Shown in pieces: positions 10,401-25,400 of a stretch of 64,000 bases of DNA. A program made the position numbers and the translations under genes. The DNA lies in the IMG/VR virus record IMGVR_UViG_3300020409_000014, positions 10,503 through 74,502 of that record. One strand, written 5' to 3'. Below the pieces are notes generated by a model, which made no database searches, had not been told where the DNA came from, and saw only the letters and a program-made list of their open reading frames with translations. The first letter of the stretch is position 1. Each line of letters begins with the position of its first letter. The stretch comes from a virus (Duplodnaviria; Caudoviricetes).

Positions 10401-13400
10401 AGTCCAGGATCTGCAACGTAAGGAATCCAACCTGCACCGTCAGGAGCATATATGATTGACTTACAATATTCTCTAACACGAGTCATGTGATAGATTAGAT
10501 GTGTCCTAACAATTCCTGTATAGACAATCATATTTCCATCACCATCAAACCAGTTACTGATAGAATCAAATGCCTCAGCATTACCACCTGTAACAAGGTC
10601 ATAAATTACAGCATGAATTATTTGATCTGCAAAGTCTGCATCACCTGCGTAACTAGGATAGAATGCAACAGTTTGATCATATGCTCTCTTTTTAATAGCA
10701 GGTTTGTTGAAGAGTATCATCTTCGCTGCCATCTTATTACTTGTTGATCCACCTGATAAGGTCTCATACATGACCTTATACTTCTTCTCAATCTCTAGTT
10801 TGACATCATAACACTTACCTGCATTATAGAGATTAGATGTAGGTGATGTAGGAGCAGTCTCTGTGACAGTTGTGCCATAGTAAGTAAGACCATTTCCTGC
10901 TACAGCAGCGTCAATACCACCTTCAAGAATTGCCATCAAAGTATTGATTGCAGCAGCTTGAGTAGGACAGGTTTGATTCCACTGTGTTGCTTGATTGTCA
11001 AATGTGACAGATACATCTCTAAGTGGGACATCTCCACTATATTTTGTTGGCCAGATGTTTGGTAGTGTTGGGGTAAATGATCCAGATAGACCATTAGGAT
11101 ATGTTGTTGTATCAGATCCTGTAGGATCATTTATAGTATCAGTAACTATACTAATAAGTCTATTAACTTCGGTATCTACATCAGAGTCACTTATAGCACT
11201 CATATTTCCTTCACCAGTTACCCACTTATCTTCAATGTCAGTAATTGGGACAAACTCAGCACCGTTTGTTGCATGTCTAGAAGGTGTAGTGCCTTGGTAT
11301 ATTTGCTTGGCAATATCTCTAGCAGTATTTGTAATCCAAGTTACTTCATTTACAACGCCTGCGATATGTTGAATAACTCCATTCTCAACATAGTATCCTG
11401 CACCAAGTGCAACCATGTTGTCACCACCATATTCTAGGTTGAATGTATGCCACGCAAGCACATCAGCAACGTCATGGACACAATCAATAGATCCTGCTGC
11501 AGTAATACAATTATGTGTAGCACTTACAAATGCATGAGTATATTGCTGACCTGCAGGTGATGCACCAACGTTAACTGTTACAGTGCCACTCTGTTTTATC
11601 AATGCACCAGATGTTGCACTTACAAATGTATGAGGATATTGCTGTCCAACTTGTGAAGGATAAACATTAACTGCAATATTGTCATCATCAATCTTAGTTA
11701 CTATCAACCACTTATTATTAGCAGGGTCAGTAGATCTTGGATAATCGTGGTTTGTGCTGTTTCCATCTTGTGTGCAAGTAAATCTAATACCATCTGTTGC
11801 AATCTTAATTCTATTTCCAGTTACAAGTCCATGACCTGCAGATGTAATTGTCAAAATACCAGTTGTTTCTTGGTATGATGCATTTGTAATATTTGCAGTC
11901 CCAGTGCCAACAGCAGTTACAGCAACTGTCTTATTATAGTAAGGATCAGTTGTCCTAGGATATGAATGATTAGATGCATTATTATCCTGACTGCATGTAA
12001 ATGTCAATGAGTTAGGAGCAATCATTAAACGATTACCAACATTGAATACATGGTCAGGAATTGTCATTACCATGTCACCAGTTGCAGAGTTGTAAGTAAT
12101 GTTTGTAGGTGTTAGTTTTTGTCCACCAAAATCATCACCCCACTTAATAGATCCTGCAAGTGCACTCTGGAATTGGTGAGTATACTGCTGACCTTGTGGT
12201 GATGCTCCAACGTTTATAGTAATGGTTGTTTGTGATATATCTTCTACAAGAATATTCTTTTCATATACAGGATCAGTTGTCCTTGGATATGGATGATCTG
12301 TTGCATAGTTATCTTGTGAGCAACGTAATGTAATACCTAGAGGAGTAACTCTAACTGTGTCACCTCTTTGGATATCGTGCTTACCAATGGTAACGACCAT
12401 CTTACCATTTGTAGAATTATAATTTACATCTGTAGGAGTGAATTCTTTTGTCCACAATGCACTAGATCCACCATTGATACTTAATGAAGGATACTGATCT
12501 AATCCACGACGGACTGCCTCTTCTGCAATAAATCTAATGTTTCTTTCAATAGCACGAGCAGCATATATTCTATTGTTAGATGCACCATTACGCTCATAAC
12601 TTGAAAGTTGGAAAGTTACTTCGTTATGACCAGGTAAACTATCACGACCAAATCCATTTCTAATTGTTAGGATTGCCATATCTCTAGCAATCTTAAATAC
12701 AGCTTTAGATGCTTCTGTTTCACCTTCGATGTGTTTAATACCACCGTCAGATCTTACATAAAGTTTACCAATTCTATAGGTTTCAGAGTTACCACCATGA
12801 CGTAAATCATGAGCAACACCTGCCAAGATGTCAACAACATCATCTTCACAATCTACAGGGTTGCCAGTTGGCACAATAAATGATCCATACTTAGAAAGGT
12901 CATTCATTGTAGAAACTGCTTCCTTAGCAATTATTCTTGCATTGTCATCAATTAAATCTGCAGCATCAAGGAATTTATTAGATCCAGTCCTTGTTTGATC
13001 AAACTGTTTAGGATCGTAAGTAATTGTCTCATCTCTAAATGCTAATCTTGAAGTATATATTGGTGAGTAATATTCATCTTGATAAGTTGCACTAACACCA
13101 AGAGAAGCAGAAGTTTCGCCTGGTGACATGAGTAAATTATTAATTGCTTTCTTTGCGAGCATCTCTGTATAGTGAATCGCATCAATCATTGGATTCAATT
13201 CATCAGTAATGTAAAGAATCTCATTATCACTATTCAAATAACTATCAATAACCTTCTGTGTTTCAGCATTACCACCCATAATGATGTCACCAATGACAGC
13301 AGGTAATACATGATCCTTAAGGTCACGCAAACACTTGGTGTTGTTTGGAATAGTTAAGAATTGGACTGGGACACTATTAATTGTCTTAGTATAAAGTGCA

Positions 13401-16400
13401 TTGATATGACCAACTGCTTCTTCTGCAATATAATCGCGGTTTTTCCAAATAAGTGCACCTGCATCTCTGAATCTATGTCCAGTAGGAGCAAGGACGTCAG
13501 CGATGTAATCACCTAAAGTATCTAATTGTGTTTCTACTTGAGTTGTGCCAGACAGTGCATGTGGGACACGAAGTTTAGTTGTGTATGTGCCAGTGAGGGT
13601 AGTGTCAGATGTGTTAATTACATACTTACAAAGTTTTACAACTTCACGCCATGCATATAGAGTTTGTAGTAACTCTTGACCAATATACTCAATCTCACCA
13701 CCTCTTGTGCGGTAGAAACGAGCAGTAACGATAACGTTATAGTTACCACCTTCTCTTAGATCTTTTACAATAGCAGGTAAGATATAATCTCTAGTATCTC
13801 TAATACAAACATTTGTGCCACTCATTGTGCCACCTGCACCATAAGTATCGCCAGGTATTGTAAAGTCAGGGAAGAATGCCTGCATGATTCCAACTGCTTC
13901 CTCAGCAATCCAATCACGGTTAATATCAATTATATCTGCAGCGTCTCTATAAATTTCTCTACCAAGATCTACCTCCTCAATAGTAATACGCTTATTGAGA
14001 TAATCAATAGATTTAAGTGTAGATGATGAATTTGTTAAACCAGTAAGTGTAGCGTATACCTCAGTTGTAGAAACTACAAATGGTGCTTCTCCATTAATAC
14101 CAAGGACAATACTACTATTAGTAAAGTCAGGATCTGAAGGAGGAGTAATTGTAGCACCTTCATAATCACCAACACCTTTCTTAACGATAAGATTATCAAG
14201 GTTACCTATAAACTGTTGACCGTTAGAAACATCTTTACCAAGAGCAAATCTTGCAAACTCGTATGTGTTTGTATCGCTGTAAGTTGTTTGCTGCACACCA
14301 TCAATATAGATTGAAGTTACAGCAGACTTTCTAACAACAGCAATATGATGCCATCTAAGTGCAATAAGAGTATTTGTAGATGTAATAAGAGTGCTGCTAC
14401 CATTAGCGAGGATAAGTTGACCACTTCCATTCAATACTAGACTTAGACCTGTTGAGGTTGTTTGTGGACGTCTCATATCAAAGATAATCTGATTACCTGA
14501 TATTGCGTCAGCACGAAGTCTCATCTCAATAGTAAAGTCACCTGTGCCAAACTTAAAGTCATTTCTTTCTGTCTGGACAATCTGTCCAGTGTTAGGAATT
14601 CTAACTGATTTTGTGTTATTAGAAAGAGCTGATAATATTGTAATATCATCTATGGTGCAATTAGAATTAACTAGAGTAGAGTTAGTTACATATTCTCCAA
14701 TACTGAATGTGCCAGTAGCGTTACCACCATATATCCACTTAAGACCATTGTTAGATCCTTTAATAGGAGCAGATGCATTAGTTGTAACACCTTTAAGGTT
14801 TTCGCCAGGTAGGAATAAACCTCTTGATGGATCTTTAAATGCATATTTTGTAACACGAAGAGTTTCACCTGCACTATAACCACCATCAGTGATTGTCCTT
14901 TCAGTAGGAGCAGTCCTTGTGGCGTGTGCCATATTGTTGTTGGTATATGCAGTTGTGTATACACTCATAAGTGTATTAAATGCAGATACAACAGTTGCAC
15001 AACCATTAGTATCTGAATTAACAGGTGTTAGATCTGTGTCAAACCACTGTCTCTTACCATGTATTCCTGTGGCAGCAAATCTAGGATAGTAGTAATCACC
15101 AAATGTCTTAGATACAAAATGTAAGTAATGTAATCTTACTGTGTCTCCATTAGATAATGTTGGAGTATAACTTTCTGCAAGTTGAATAGAAAGTGTGCCC
15201 CCTGCAACGTCATAAGTTGCTAAAGCAATGTCTGCAGTGTTATCTAATGTTACTGCGTTACTTGTAGCACTTACAAATGTATGTGTATAGTTACCACCTG
15301 TGATAACAGCACCAAATGCTGCACTTTGGAAGACGTGCTCATACTGACCTTGTGCAGTTGCAACACCTACGTTTACAGTAATAGTGGTAGATGTTGTATC
15401 TGTAATTGTTATTGCAGTATCATAGTATGGGTCAGTTGTCCTTGGATAAGCATGATCAGTTAGATAGTTATCTTGAGAGCATCTAAAGACTAATGATTCT
15501 TGTGCAATTTTGATAGCAGTGCCTGTCTCTAATTTGTGCTCACCAATAGTCATTACCATCACACCGCTAGATGGACTGTAGGTGATAGCAGTAGGAGTAA
15601 ATGTTATCTCAGGAGATGCACCAACGTTAACTGTAATAGATGTGTTTGCAACAACAGATTTAACTTCTAGAGGTTTGTTATAATATGGATCTTTTCCTGC
15701 TCTAGGATATGTCTTGTTAGAAGATCCACCATCCATTGTGCAATTAAATGTCAAACTATTAGCAGCGATAGAAACAAATCTACCTGCAGTAATATTATGA
15801 GATCCAATAGTTAATACTAAGTCACCAGTTACAGGATTATATGTTGCACCAGTTGGTGTAAATTGTGGTGGTGCCACAACCATCTTACCGTTACCAACAT
15901 AAGTTAATGAGTCACCTGCATTCAGTGTGACAGTTGGGACTGTCACATCAAATGTCCTAGTGGCGTTGTTTACGTTAGCAACTGTAAATGTATCTGTGCC
16001 GTTTTGTATGACACTGCCTGCAATAGTCTGTGCTTCAGCATATATTCCATTAACTTGTGATGCAGTTGTAGGAGAGTCATCATAAGCAATAGCATAAGTT
16101 GCAGCATCATATACTCTACTGTTTCCACCATACTTAATATCATAAGCAATCGCTTCAATTACATCTTTGATATCGTCTGTGCAATCAGCATCAGTTTGGT
16201 GAGGAGTAAATCCTGGATTAGCAGTCTTATAAATGTGAAGTGCTTCTGCAGCAATAAATTCTTTGTTATTAAGAAGAAGGTTTGCACCATCAATATTGAG
16301 ACTACCTTGAGGCACTGGATCAGCAAATACACCAGTAATCTTAGGACCTCCTGTGCCCTCAGATGTATATGAAGTTGTGCCTGTAAGGTTATGTGTATTT

Positions 16401-19400
16401 TCTGCAGTAACAGAGTGAATAACAATGTCAGTTAAGAATGTAATATTCTGTTGAATATCAGCACAGTTACTTAAACTCTGAGCATTACCAGATGAGTAAT
16501 TAGGATCATAAGTATGTGCAGGAGCAGATCCACCGTAAGTTATAGGATCGTTTAAGTTATATCCTTCGTTACCAATATCTTTTACATAGAGCAAGTTGTT
16601 GATAGCATAAAACATTGTGTCTCTTGCTTTCAATATTGCAGTCTGTGATTCAGCAACTTCACCATAGAATCCGTTAAGAATAAAGTTACCAGTAGTATCA
16701 AAATATTGCTCTGCAAAGTTTTGAGAATTAAACTCACCACCTGAGCTTAAATCATCAGCAATAGCATCTATGAATAATCCTAAGTCACGACGACATTTTT
16801 CTTGACCTATAGAAGTTGTAGGCTCAACTTCAGTAGGAATATCATTTAGATTACCTGCAGCTATTGCTTCGTTTTGCCATGTCCAGATAGTAGTAATTGC
16901 AGACTGCACGTCGCTACAATTATCAGTAGTAGCGTTATCTGTATTGCTGCCTGGAGTCGCATACGGAGATCCTGGTGATGGGTCTGCTGTGATTGAGAGG
17001 TCTGCATAATAAGTTGCTTCGTCGGTTGAATTAGTTGCACTGAATACACCAGTTAACTGGTTTGTAATAGCAGCAAGACATAAGTCTTTTGCTTTCTCTA
17101 CAATGAATAATAACTCAGCACTTGCTCTACTATAGTTAAGTGTAGTTGAATCTGAGAAGTATTCATTAATCCACTTCAAGGAGTATTGGTTACCACCTGA
17201 GTGAATATCTAATGCAAGAGATTCTATCCATAGTCTAACATCATCTAGGTAACCTTGCTTGTCTCCTGCAGAAGTGCCAGTGAAAGCTGTTTTTTGTAGA
17301 TCATATGCTCTTAAAGATATTGCATCAATATTCTTAAGAATCATACGATATGCATCTCTAAATCTTGATGTTGTGTTAGTCTGCACATCGCCAGGATAAT
17401 AGAAATCAGGATGCTCTACTGCAACCCAACGCTCTGCTCTGTCAATAATTTCTTGTCTATTTCTACCAATACTTCTAGCACCGTCATTTGCTCTGTTACC
17501 TGCATTACCTACAAGGTTTGCATAGAATATTGCTTTGTTTCTTAGAGCATCACCTTTAGCAAATGTGCCACTAGAAAGATTATCGTATTCAATCTCAGTG
17601 CTTCTAACTTCTTCAAAGTCTAAGAAATCTTCATTGATTCTAGCCTCTGCATCGTACAATTGTACTGGTGTAATACTTGACTGAGAAATATCATCAAGTA
17701 TGACATTAGGATTCTGAATAGCAACAAGTCTTTCGTAGATAAGACCGAAGAATGTAGATCCTCTGTTAATGATTAGAGTGTCAACAGGTTGACCAGTATT
17801 AGGATCTAGATATGGACTAATAAATGTAATCTGAGCAACGATCTTAGAGTTACTTGAGTAGATGTATTCGTTTAATTTAATATCAAAGATACCAGTTTCA
17901 AATCTTGAAGTACCTGAAGTCTTACTTAATAGTAATGTGTCTGTTGCATTACCTTGTGCATCAAGGTTTGTTTCTTCAATGATTGCTATATCACCGTCAA
18001 AGTTAGTGATTGTCTCTTGGAATTTAAAGAGACTTTCAGTGTTGATAAGATCTACACTTCCTACAACAGCATTGAATAATGTTGTCCTCTTAATTATTTC
18101 ACTGACTGTGAAAGGTCCGTCAGTAATGTTAATAACATCAATATGGAATGTCCCTGAGTCAATAACAGTTGCATATGCATCAGAAGACTCACCATTAACT
18201 TGCTGACCCATCTCAGGGAATATACCCTGTGGGTTTACTAATGTAATTCTGTAAACTGGTATAGTTGTAAATCTAACAGCTCTATATCTAACCTGTGATG
18301 CTGCTTTTGGTGGCTCAGCAAATACAATTTGATTACCAACAATTTGATATGATGTGCCAGGTGCTTGGATAACACCATTCAATGTAATCATCAACTGATT
18401 ACCTTTAACAATTACACCTTCACCTTCTACAGTGATTGGGAATGATTTTAATATTCCATCAAAATCATCAGATATATCATCAATCTTCTTAACGATAGAA
18501 GTTAAGATTTCCTCAGATGATGTTAATCTTCTACTTCTGAATAATACCTCAGTATTGTTGTAGTCAGTATATACTGGCTCAGCAGCACCAAATGATGTGA
18601 TCTGGTTTACGTTAGTATACTCATTAATATTAACTTCTTTAATAAATTCTGTGCCAACCTTTCTACCAGATACGTCTTTACCACCAGTTAGTGATAACTG
18701 ACCAAACATCTTAAATCCTGTAGGATGGTTGTTGTCTAATACTTGCTTCTTCCATCTTGTAATAGGAATCTCAGATGTAATAACATAAGAGAATGACTGA
18801 TAGAAGAAACTATCTTGAATCTTCTGGACAATCTCAGATGGTTTACCAACATCATCGATGAATCTACCAGGTGTTTGTGTAATTGAGTCAATATTCAATA
18901 CACCACGAGCAATGCTTAAGTTATCGATAATACCAGATGCTTTAGAAACCTCACCTGATACTTTTTCACCTTGGACAAAGTTACCTGTATAATCAACAAC
19001 CTTAAGAATCTTAGGACCTATCTGCCAACCAGTATTGGTAGAAACAAAACCTGTTGCAGATGCTTGCTCAGGACTATTACCTTGGAAAATTTTCTCACCT
19101 TCTAGGAATCTAGATGTTGCAACAACAGCAGTAGCAGTACCTCCAAACACCTCAGTTAAGAGAGTTTGTCGTCCCTCACCCTGTGTTAGGAAGGTAATAA
19201 AGTCACCAGACTGTGCGGCTTGTAACGTTAATCCGAAGCGTAATTGATCAGATTCTAACTGATCAGCAATAGCATAGTATATCTGTCCTTCAACTAATTG
19301 AGTCAAACCTGCACTACTTGGTTTTGGTAGTATACCAGTTGTAGATCCTATACTATCAGCACGCAACTGAATAGCAGCACCTGTTGTAATACCATGTGGG

Positions 19401-22400
19401 AAGTTAAACTGTAGATAGTTAAGATCTAAGTTAACAACATAGTTAAATTCTGATTTTAGAGTTACAGTTGGCTCAGATGAATATCCTTGACCTGGATTCT
19501 TAATAAGAATCTCATTCAAACGATTGTTTTTGATAACCGCTTCTGCCTCAGCACCTGATCCACCACCACCTTCGATTACAACTGCAGGAGCAGATGTGTA
19601 ACCAGAACCTGGATCAGTTATGGTAATCTCAGTTAGTATTGAAGTATTAAAGAGTTGTAGGTTAACAGGGAATGTAATCTCAGGACGTAGAGTGTAGTCA
19701 TGTGAATATCCAAATCCAAACTCATTGTTTTTAAGTCTCTTAATCTTACCGATATTTTTACCAGTTAGGAATACAGATGCACCACTACCTTCATCAGGAA
19801 TTACAACTGCTAATGCAGCACCAGATCCTGCAAGTTGAGGTCCTAAGATACCTGTGATACTATCAACGTCTATACTTGCAGTTGTATAACCTTTACCTGG
19901 ATCTGCAACAGATACATCTGAAATTGTGCCTGATCCAATCTCTTCATCAAGAGTAACAGTGATAGTTGCTAAACCACCTTCACCATCTCCATCGATAGGC
20001 ACGTTATAGTAAACGCCAGGTTGATATTCTGTACCTCCTGAGGTTATAGTAATACGCTCAATCTGTCTGAATGATGCAATATCAGATATAATAGGTAACT
20101 TCTGATAGAATCCACCTGGTGATACTAGTTTAATAGTATTGATAGGTCCTATTGCTTTTACAGATGTTGTTGAATAGAATGAGAATGGATTGCCGTTTTC
20201 GTCATCTTGGACTTCAGCAGATGAGGTTTCTGGCTCAAGTAGTAATGGGAATTTGAATTCAGTATTGTTGACAATTTGTGATATAGTAAATGTGCCATCA
20301 TAAGGTGTCTTAATAATATCAATAAATGAATTTGCACCAACAGGAGACATTGATCCAATTCTAGATGGATCAAAGTAGTAAGAAATATTAGTTACATTAC
20401 CAATAGCAGAGAATTTAACATATGGTCTTAGACCTTCTGCTTGGACACCTGGTGTCCCAACTCTAGTAATATTATTAAAGGAGTATTCCAACTTATACTG
20501 GTTATCCTGTGCAAATGACAGATAGTAACCGAAGTTAGATGCATCACCAACATCAAAGACATATTGATGCTCTCTAATAAATGTTAGAGATGGATGTTTA
20601 GCAAATATATTAACATTGCTTATACTGTTTTGATTGAATACAGGATCACCTGCAGCAGTATTTCTTAGTCCAAATACAAATTCTCTACTACCAAATACTT
20701 CACGAATAAAGAATGACCCGTTGTATTCTGTAGTATTAAATCCTTCAGTAAATATAATTTCATTAGCTCTGTAATTATGAGGTGTCACAGATGTTGCATA
20801 AACAAGATCTGATCTTGCATCACTAACTTTCTTAATATCTTTCTTAAGAGTTGTAGTTAACTCAACTTCTTTAACAGATGCAAATCCAGTTACCTTAACA
20901 ACCTTATATGCATCAGTGCCTTCATCATCAACAACAATATTTCCAGAGTTGATAGCAATAACATCGCCAGGTATGTAAGATGATGCAGGTTGTACCTTTC
21001 TAATCTTAACTGAGTATTGTCCATCACTGTATTGTTGGAATCTAGCATAGTCAGATAGTGGTTGCTCTGTAGATTTCCATTCCCATGTTACGCCACCATC
21101 AGACGCTGTGCCAGTTGTATGTACTGGTGCAATGGTGCCTGATGTACCTGCAACTGTTACTTCATATATGTTACGCTGCCAATAAACTTGATATCCTACA
21201 GGGAAATTAACTCCCTGATCCCAACGATCCATATCCATTCCTCTGTATTGAGGTTTGGGGTATGGCTCAGTTTGAATGTCAATGTTAAACTCACCTGCAT
21301 TTCTAATAAACACCCATGTAACAGAACCGTCACTTACAGCACCAGTAGTGTGTGTTGGGGGAGTTACACCAGATGTGCCACCTGATTGTGCCTCGTATAT
21401 CTTCTTAGCATAGTATACTCTGTCAGCAGTAGCATATGCAGTACCTGTGACCCAAATATTTTCTTCCTCAACACCAATAAATGTTTGCTCAGGTATTATG
21501 TTTATATCTGTTGCTTCTGTAGATCTTAATAGATCAGTAGTATTGAATGTGCCGAAGATCTTACCAATCTTATACTTATTACCTAGACCAGGATTTGTTG
21601 TAGTGCCTACAGGAGTTTCTACAATCGTGCCGTATGCTTGGACTACACCAAGAGCATTGTATTGCTGAAGAATTGCACCTTTAGTAAACTTAACATCTTG
21701 GTTAAGAGTATATTCAAGGATGTTATCAATCTTACTGTAAGTTGCATCTTTAATATAGAATTTAGGCACAACGTTTGCAGTAACAAACATCTTCTGACCA
21801 TTCTTAACAGGTATAGTAGAAGACTTAGATGCAAACTGCTCTCTGTTGTTTGTCCATGTGTACGTTTGTACTGGTGTGTATACACTGGGCGAATCTGAGA
21901 AGTCAAGTAGTTGTAGACCACCTGCTCCAACATCCCACTGATCAATAGAAGGTAAACCTGCATCTGACCATGTGCCAGTTGTCCACTCACTGATAGTAAG
22001 ATTAGAATAGTTAGTAGGTGTAGTTAATGTATATGTGCCTCTTCCAGAAGTATGTGCTCTGTCAATCTTAATAGCAACCACGTCACTGATTTCATGTGAT
22101 AGTGGGTATTTGGTTGTAGGAGGAGTAAAGGTTGACTCAAACTCATCAAGTTTAGATATAATCCAATCGTCAATATGACCAATAAATGCCTTAGTTGCAA
22201 CTGATGGCTCAGTGCCACCTAATCCAACAGACGCCATATTAACGTCAATTAGAGTTTGATATGTAACTGCAAGTGTGCCATCATAGTAAACATTGATTTC
22301 CCATACACCTGATCCAGTGTTTTCTTTAACAAGTGCAATATGATGCCATGCTGCAGCAGCAAAGTTTCCCCAGTAAGTAGTCTCTGTAGAAGAAGCAACT

Positions 22401-25400
22401 ACACTACCATTTACCTCAAGAATAATTTTACCGAAGTTTGGATCAGATGAGATACCCATAAGGTATGCAGAAACACCAGAGGTGCCATTTACTTCAACAG
22501 TGTCAAAGAAGTGTGGAGTATTACCTGCTGCATATGCAGTGGTATTCATACTAAACCATGCTGCAGTAGTCCAGTTTTGACCTTCCCATGCTAAACCAGA
22601 TGCAGTAGCACGGTTTGCTGCTTGGAATTTGAGTGATCCAGTGCCATACTTATAATATGATGTATCTACCTCAGCATCAGCAGGTGTTTGAATTGTAAGA
22701 GTAGATATAGTCTGTTTAGTTGTATCATAGTCTAAATCAGCACTATTATCAAATCTATAGACTGCAAGTTGATTAGGAATCAATCTTTCAGCAACAGTGA
22801 TGATATCACCAGAATTATCAACTGTAGATGTCTTACCAACTTGTCCAACAGAATCAGTTGTTTCTATTAATGATTCTTCTTTTATTGTGCCATCATACTT
22901 AAGTGAAGATACAATATTAGTTTTTCTGTCTTCGTCATAATCTATAGCAGCAGTTATGACAACATCTCCAAATACATCGATATGTAGACCAGTATTCTTA
23001 ATAGAGACGTAATTTCCTTGAGGAGTTAATGATTTACGGAATAACCAAGGTTTTGGTAATGTAGCACCTTGGTTATTCGTATAAGTTGCATTTGTGTCTC
23101 CAAGAGGAATTTTACCAAGTTGAATTCTTTCAAATTTACCATTTGCATTATTAAAGACATCATATAAGAAAAATACGTCATTATACTCGTCAATAGTAAA
23201 TCTTGGGTTTCTTGCATAACCACCAAGAGCAGGGACTTGTTTTACGAAGTCAACATTGATATTTGACCCATCATATGAGAATGTGCCGTATATCATGTTA
23301 TCAGTTGTCTGGTTGACACCTACAAACATAAATGTGCTATTTGAAACCCATCTAATCTGTGTAAGATCCTCATCACCATTTGGAGAAGATATTTTACGCT
23401 TCTCTTTTAGATCTCCATCATTATTAGATTGAATGATCCAAATATCATTTGCATCTATTGCCTGAGTATCAGTATAACCAACAAGGTAGATATTGTTATT
23501 TTCGTCAAGAGCAATGTCAGTAATATAGTCTCTACGTTGTCCACCAGATATACCTGCGATAGACTTCTGCCACTTTAAAGTACCTGTAGGATTGTTTTGT
23601 GCATCCCTTTCTGACTCATATTTACCAAACCAGACATCTGGATTATAATTGGCGTTATCGGGGTCATATGTTTGGCCACCAACATATATGAGGTCGTTTT
23701 CTTGTGAGTCATCAACGTATAGACAAGTAAATTCAAGTTTCTTAGTGCCTGCATTATTTGGAAGCAATGTCCTAACCCACTGCACCTCACCAAGGTCATC
23801 AAACTTGGCAATGAAACCAACTTGATCATTATCGATATCTTCTACTAAAGATCCACAAATATAGTAGTCTCTATTAACTGTTGAGTAACTATCGAATATG
23901 GTAACGTTACCACTGTCATTCAAATACTCTGATAACCAATAACGTGTTTTAGTATTTGACTGTGGATGTGATACTCTGATTTGTGGGACATTAGTTGTGC
24001 TATAACCATTACCAGAGTTTACAATATTAAATGAGCTTGCAACACCTGCAGCGTCTAAGTTGATAGTAAATTCAGCATCAACACCACCTGAGTCATCAAC
24101 CAACTCATATGTTGGAGGTATTAACTCACTATATCCAATACCTTCTATATCTACTGTAACACTCTCAATACCATCTACAACTTTTACAGTAAACTCTTTA
24201 TTTGTATTTGACGTAATAGGAGTGCTATCTACAATAACTTCATCACCTTGAGAAAGATCATGGTTTTCAGAAGTTGTAATAACACCATATGGTCTATCAC
24301 CAATTATTTCCTTGACATATGCACTTATAGGGACACCTTTAATACTATCAATAATTGCAGAAGCACCAAATCCACCAGTGCCTTCATTATCGAAGAATAC
24401 GGTATCATTTACCTGATAAGATCTACCAGGATTCTCAATAACGAAACCATCAATTTGTGCAGTTTCAAACTGAGTAACAGTCTCTACATCGATGTCAACT
24501 TTAGACTCAAGTGAGACTTGTGGGAAGTAATCATATATCTGTAGTGTAGGCTCCTCTTGTAACTGTAATATCTCTTGTTGCTCATTAGCATCAATAATAC
24601 CATCTTGGTTACTATCTTGAATCTCAAAGATGATAGGATAACCTTCTATCTCAGTTGTTAAAACATCTGCCTCTTGGTTTGGTAAACGCTCAACATCTAT
24701 GTCCACATTCTCATATGGGACTCTATATCTTACAACATCAGCAGGAATATTTTCTTGGACTGCACCTTGACTTAAATTCCACTCATCTGGAAGTGAGTTA
24801 AATGCAGGACCCATAATGTATGGGAATAGTGGTAAACCATCTGAAGATGCATCAATAGTAACGAAGTATGCATATGTGCCATCAGGATACTCAGGTGTTT
24901 TACAGAAACGACCGTTATATTGATCTAGGTCACCTTGTTGGAAAACATACTCATAGTCAGGTACAAATGACCCTGCAGGATAAGTTGCTAGTAGAGGACC
25001 GTCAACTCTAGCAGGATTTGGGTTTGCATCTGATAATACTATCTCAGGTTTAAGTTGATATGATGTGCGAAGTCTTCTTACACCACTGTTTTGATCGGTT
25101 GGGTTTGCATATCCATAAGGACCGTAGATTGGGTTTCCATCATATGCCCATCCTAAGATTGGAGAGTGTTGGAAGTTAGTTTCAATTTCTTGGAATTTTC
25201 CTGTTTCTTGATCTAAGAATACATTGTCTCCAACAACATAACGTAATTCTTTTGGATCTGAGAGGTGAGCATATTCTCCACCATACTGGTTGTTAAGTCC
25301 AGTAAATACATATCCTCTTGCTATATCATACTTGTTAGAAAGCTCATATTCAAAGTTTTTATTCCACTCAAATACCTGTGCAGTGAATGTTGCCAATTCA

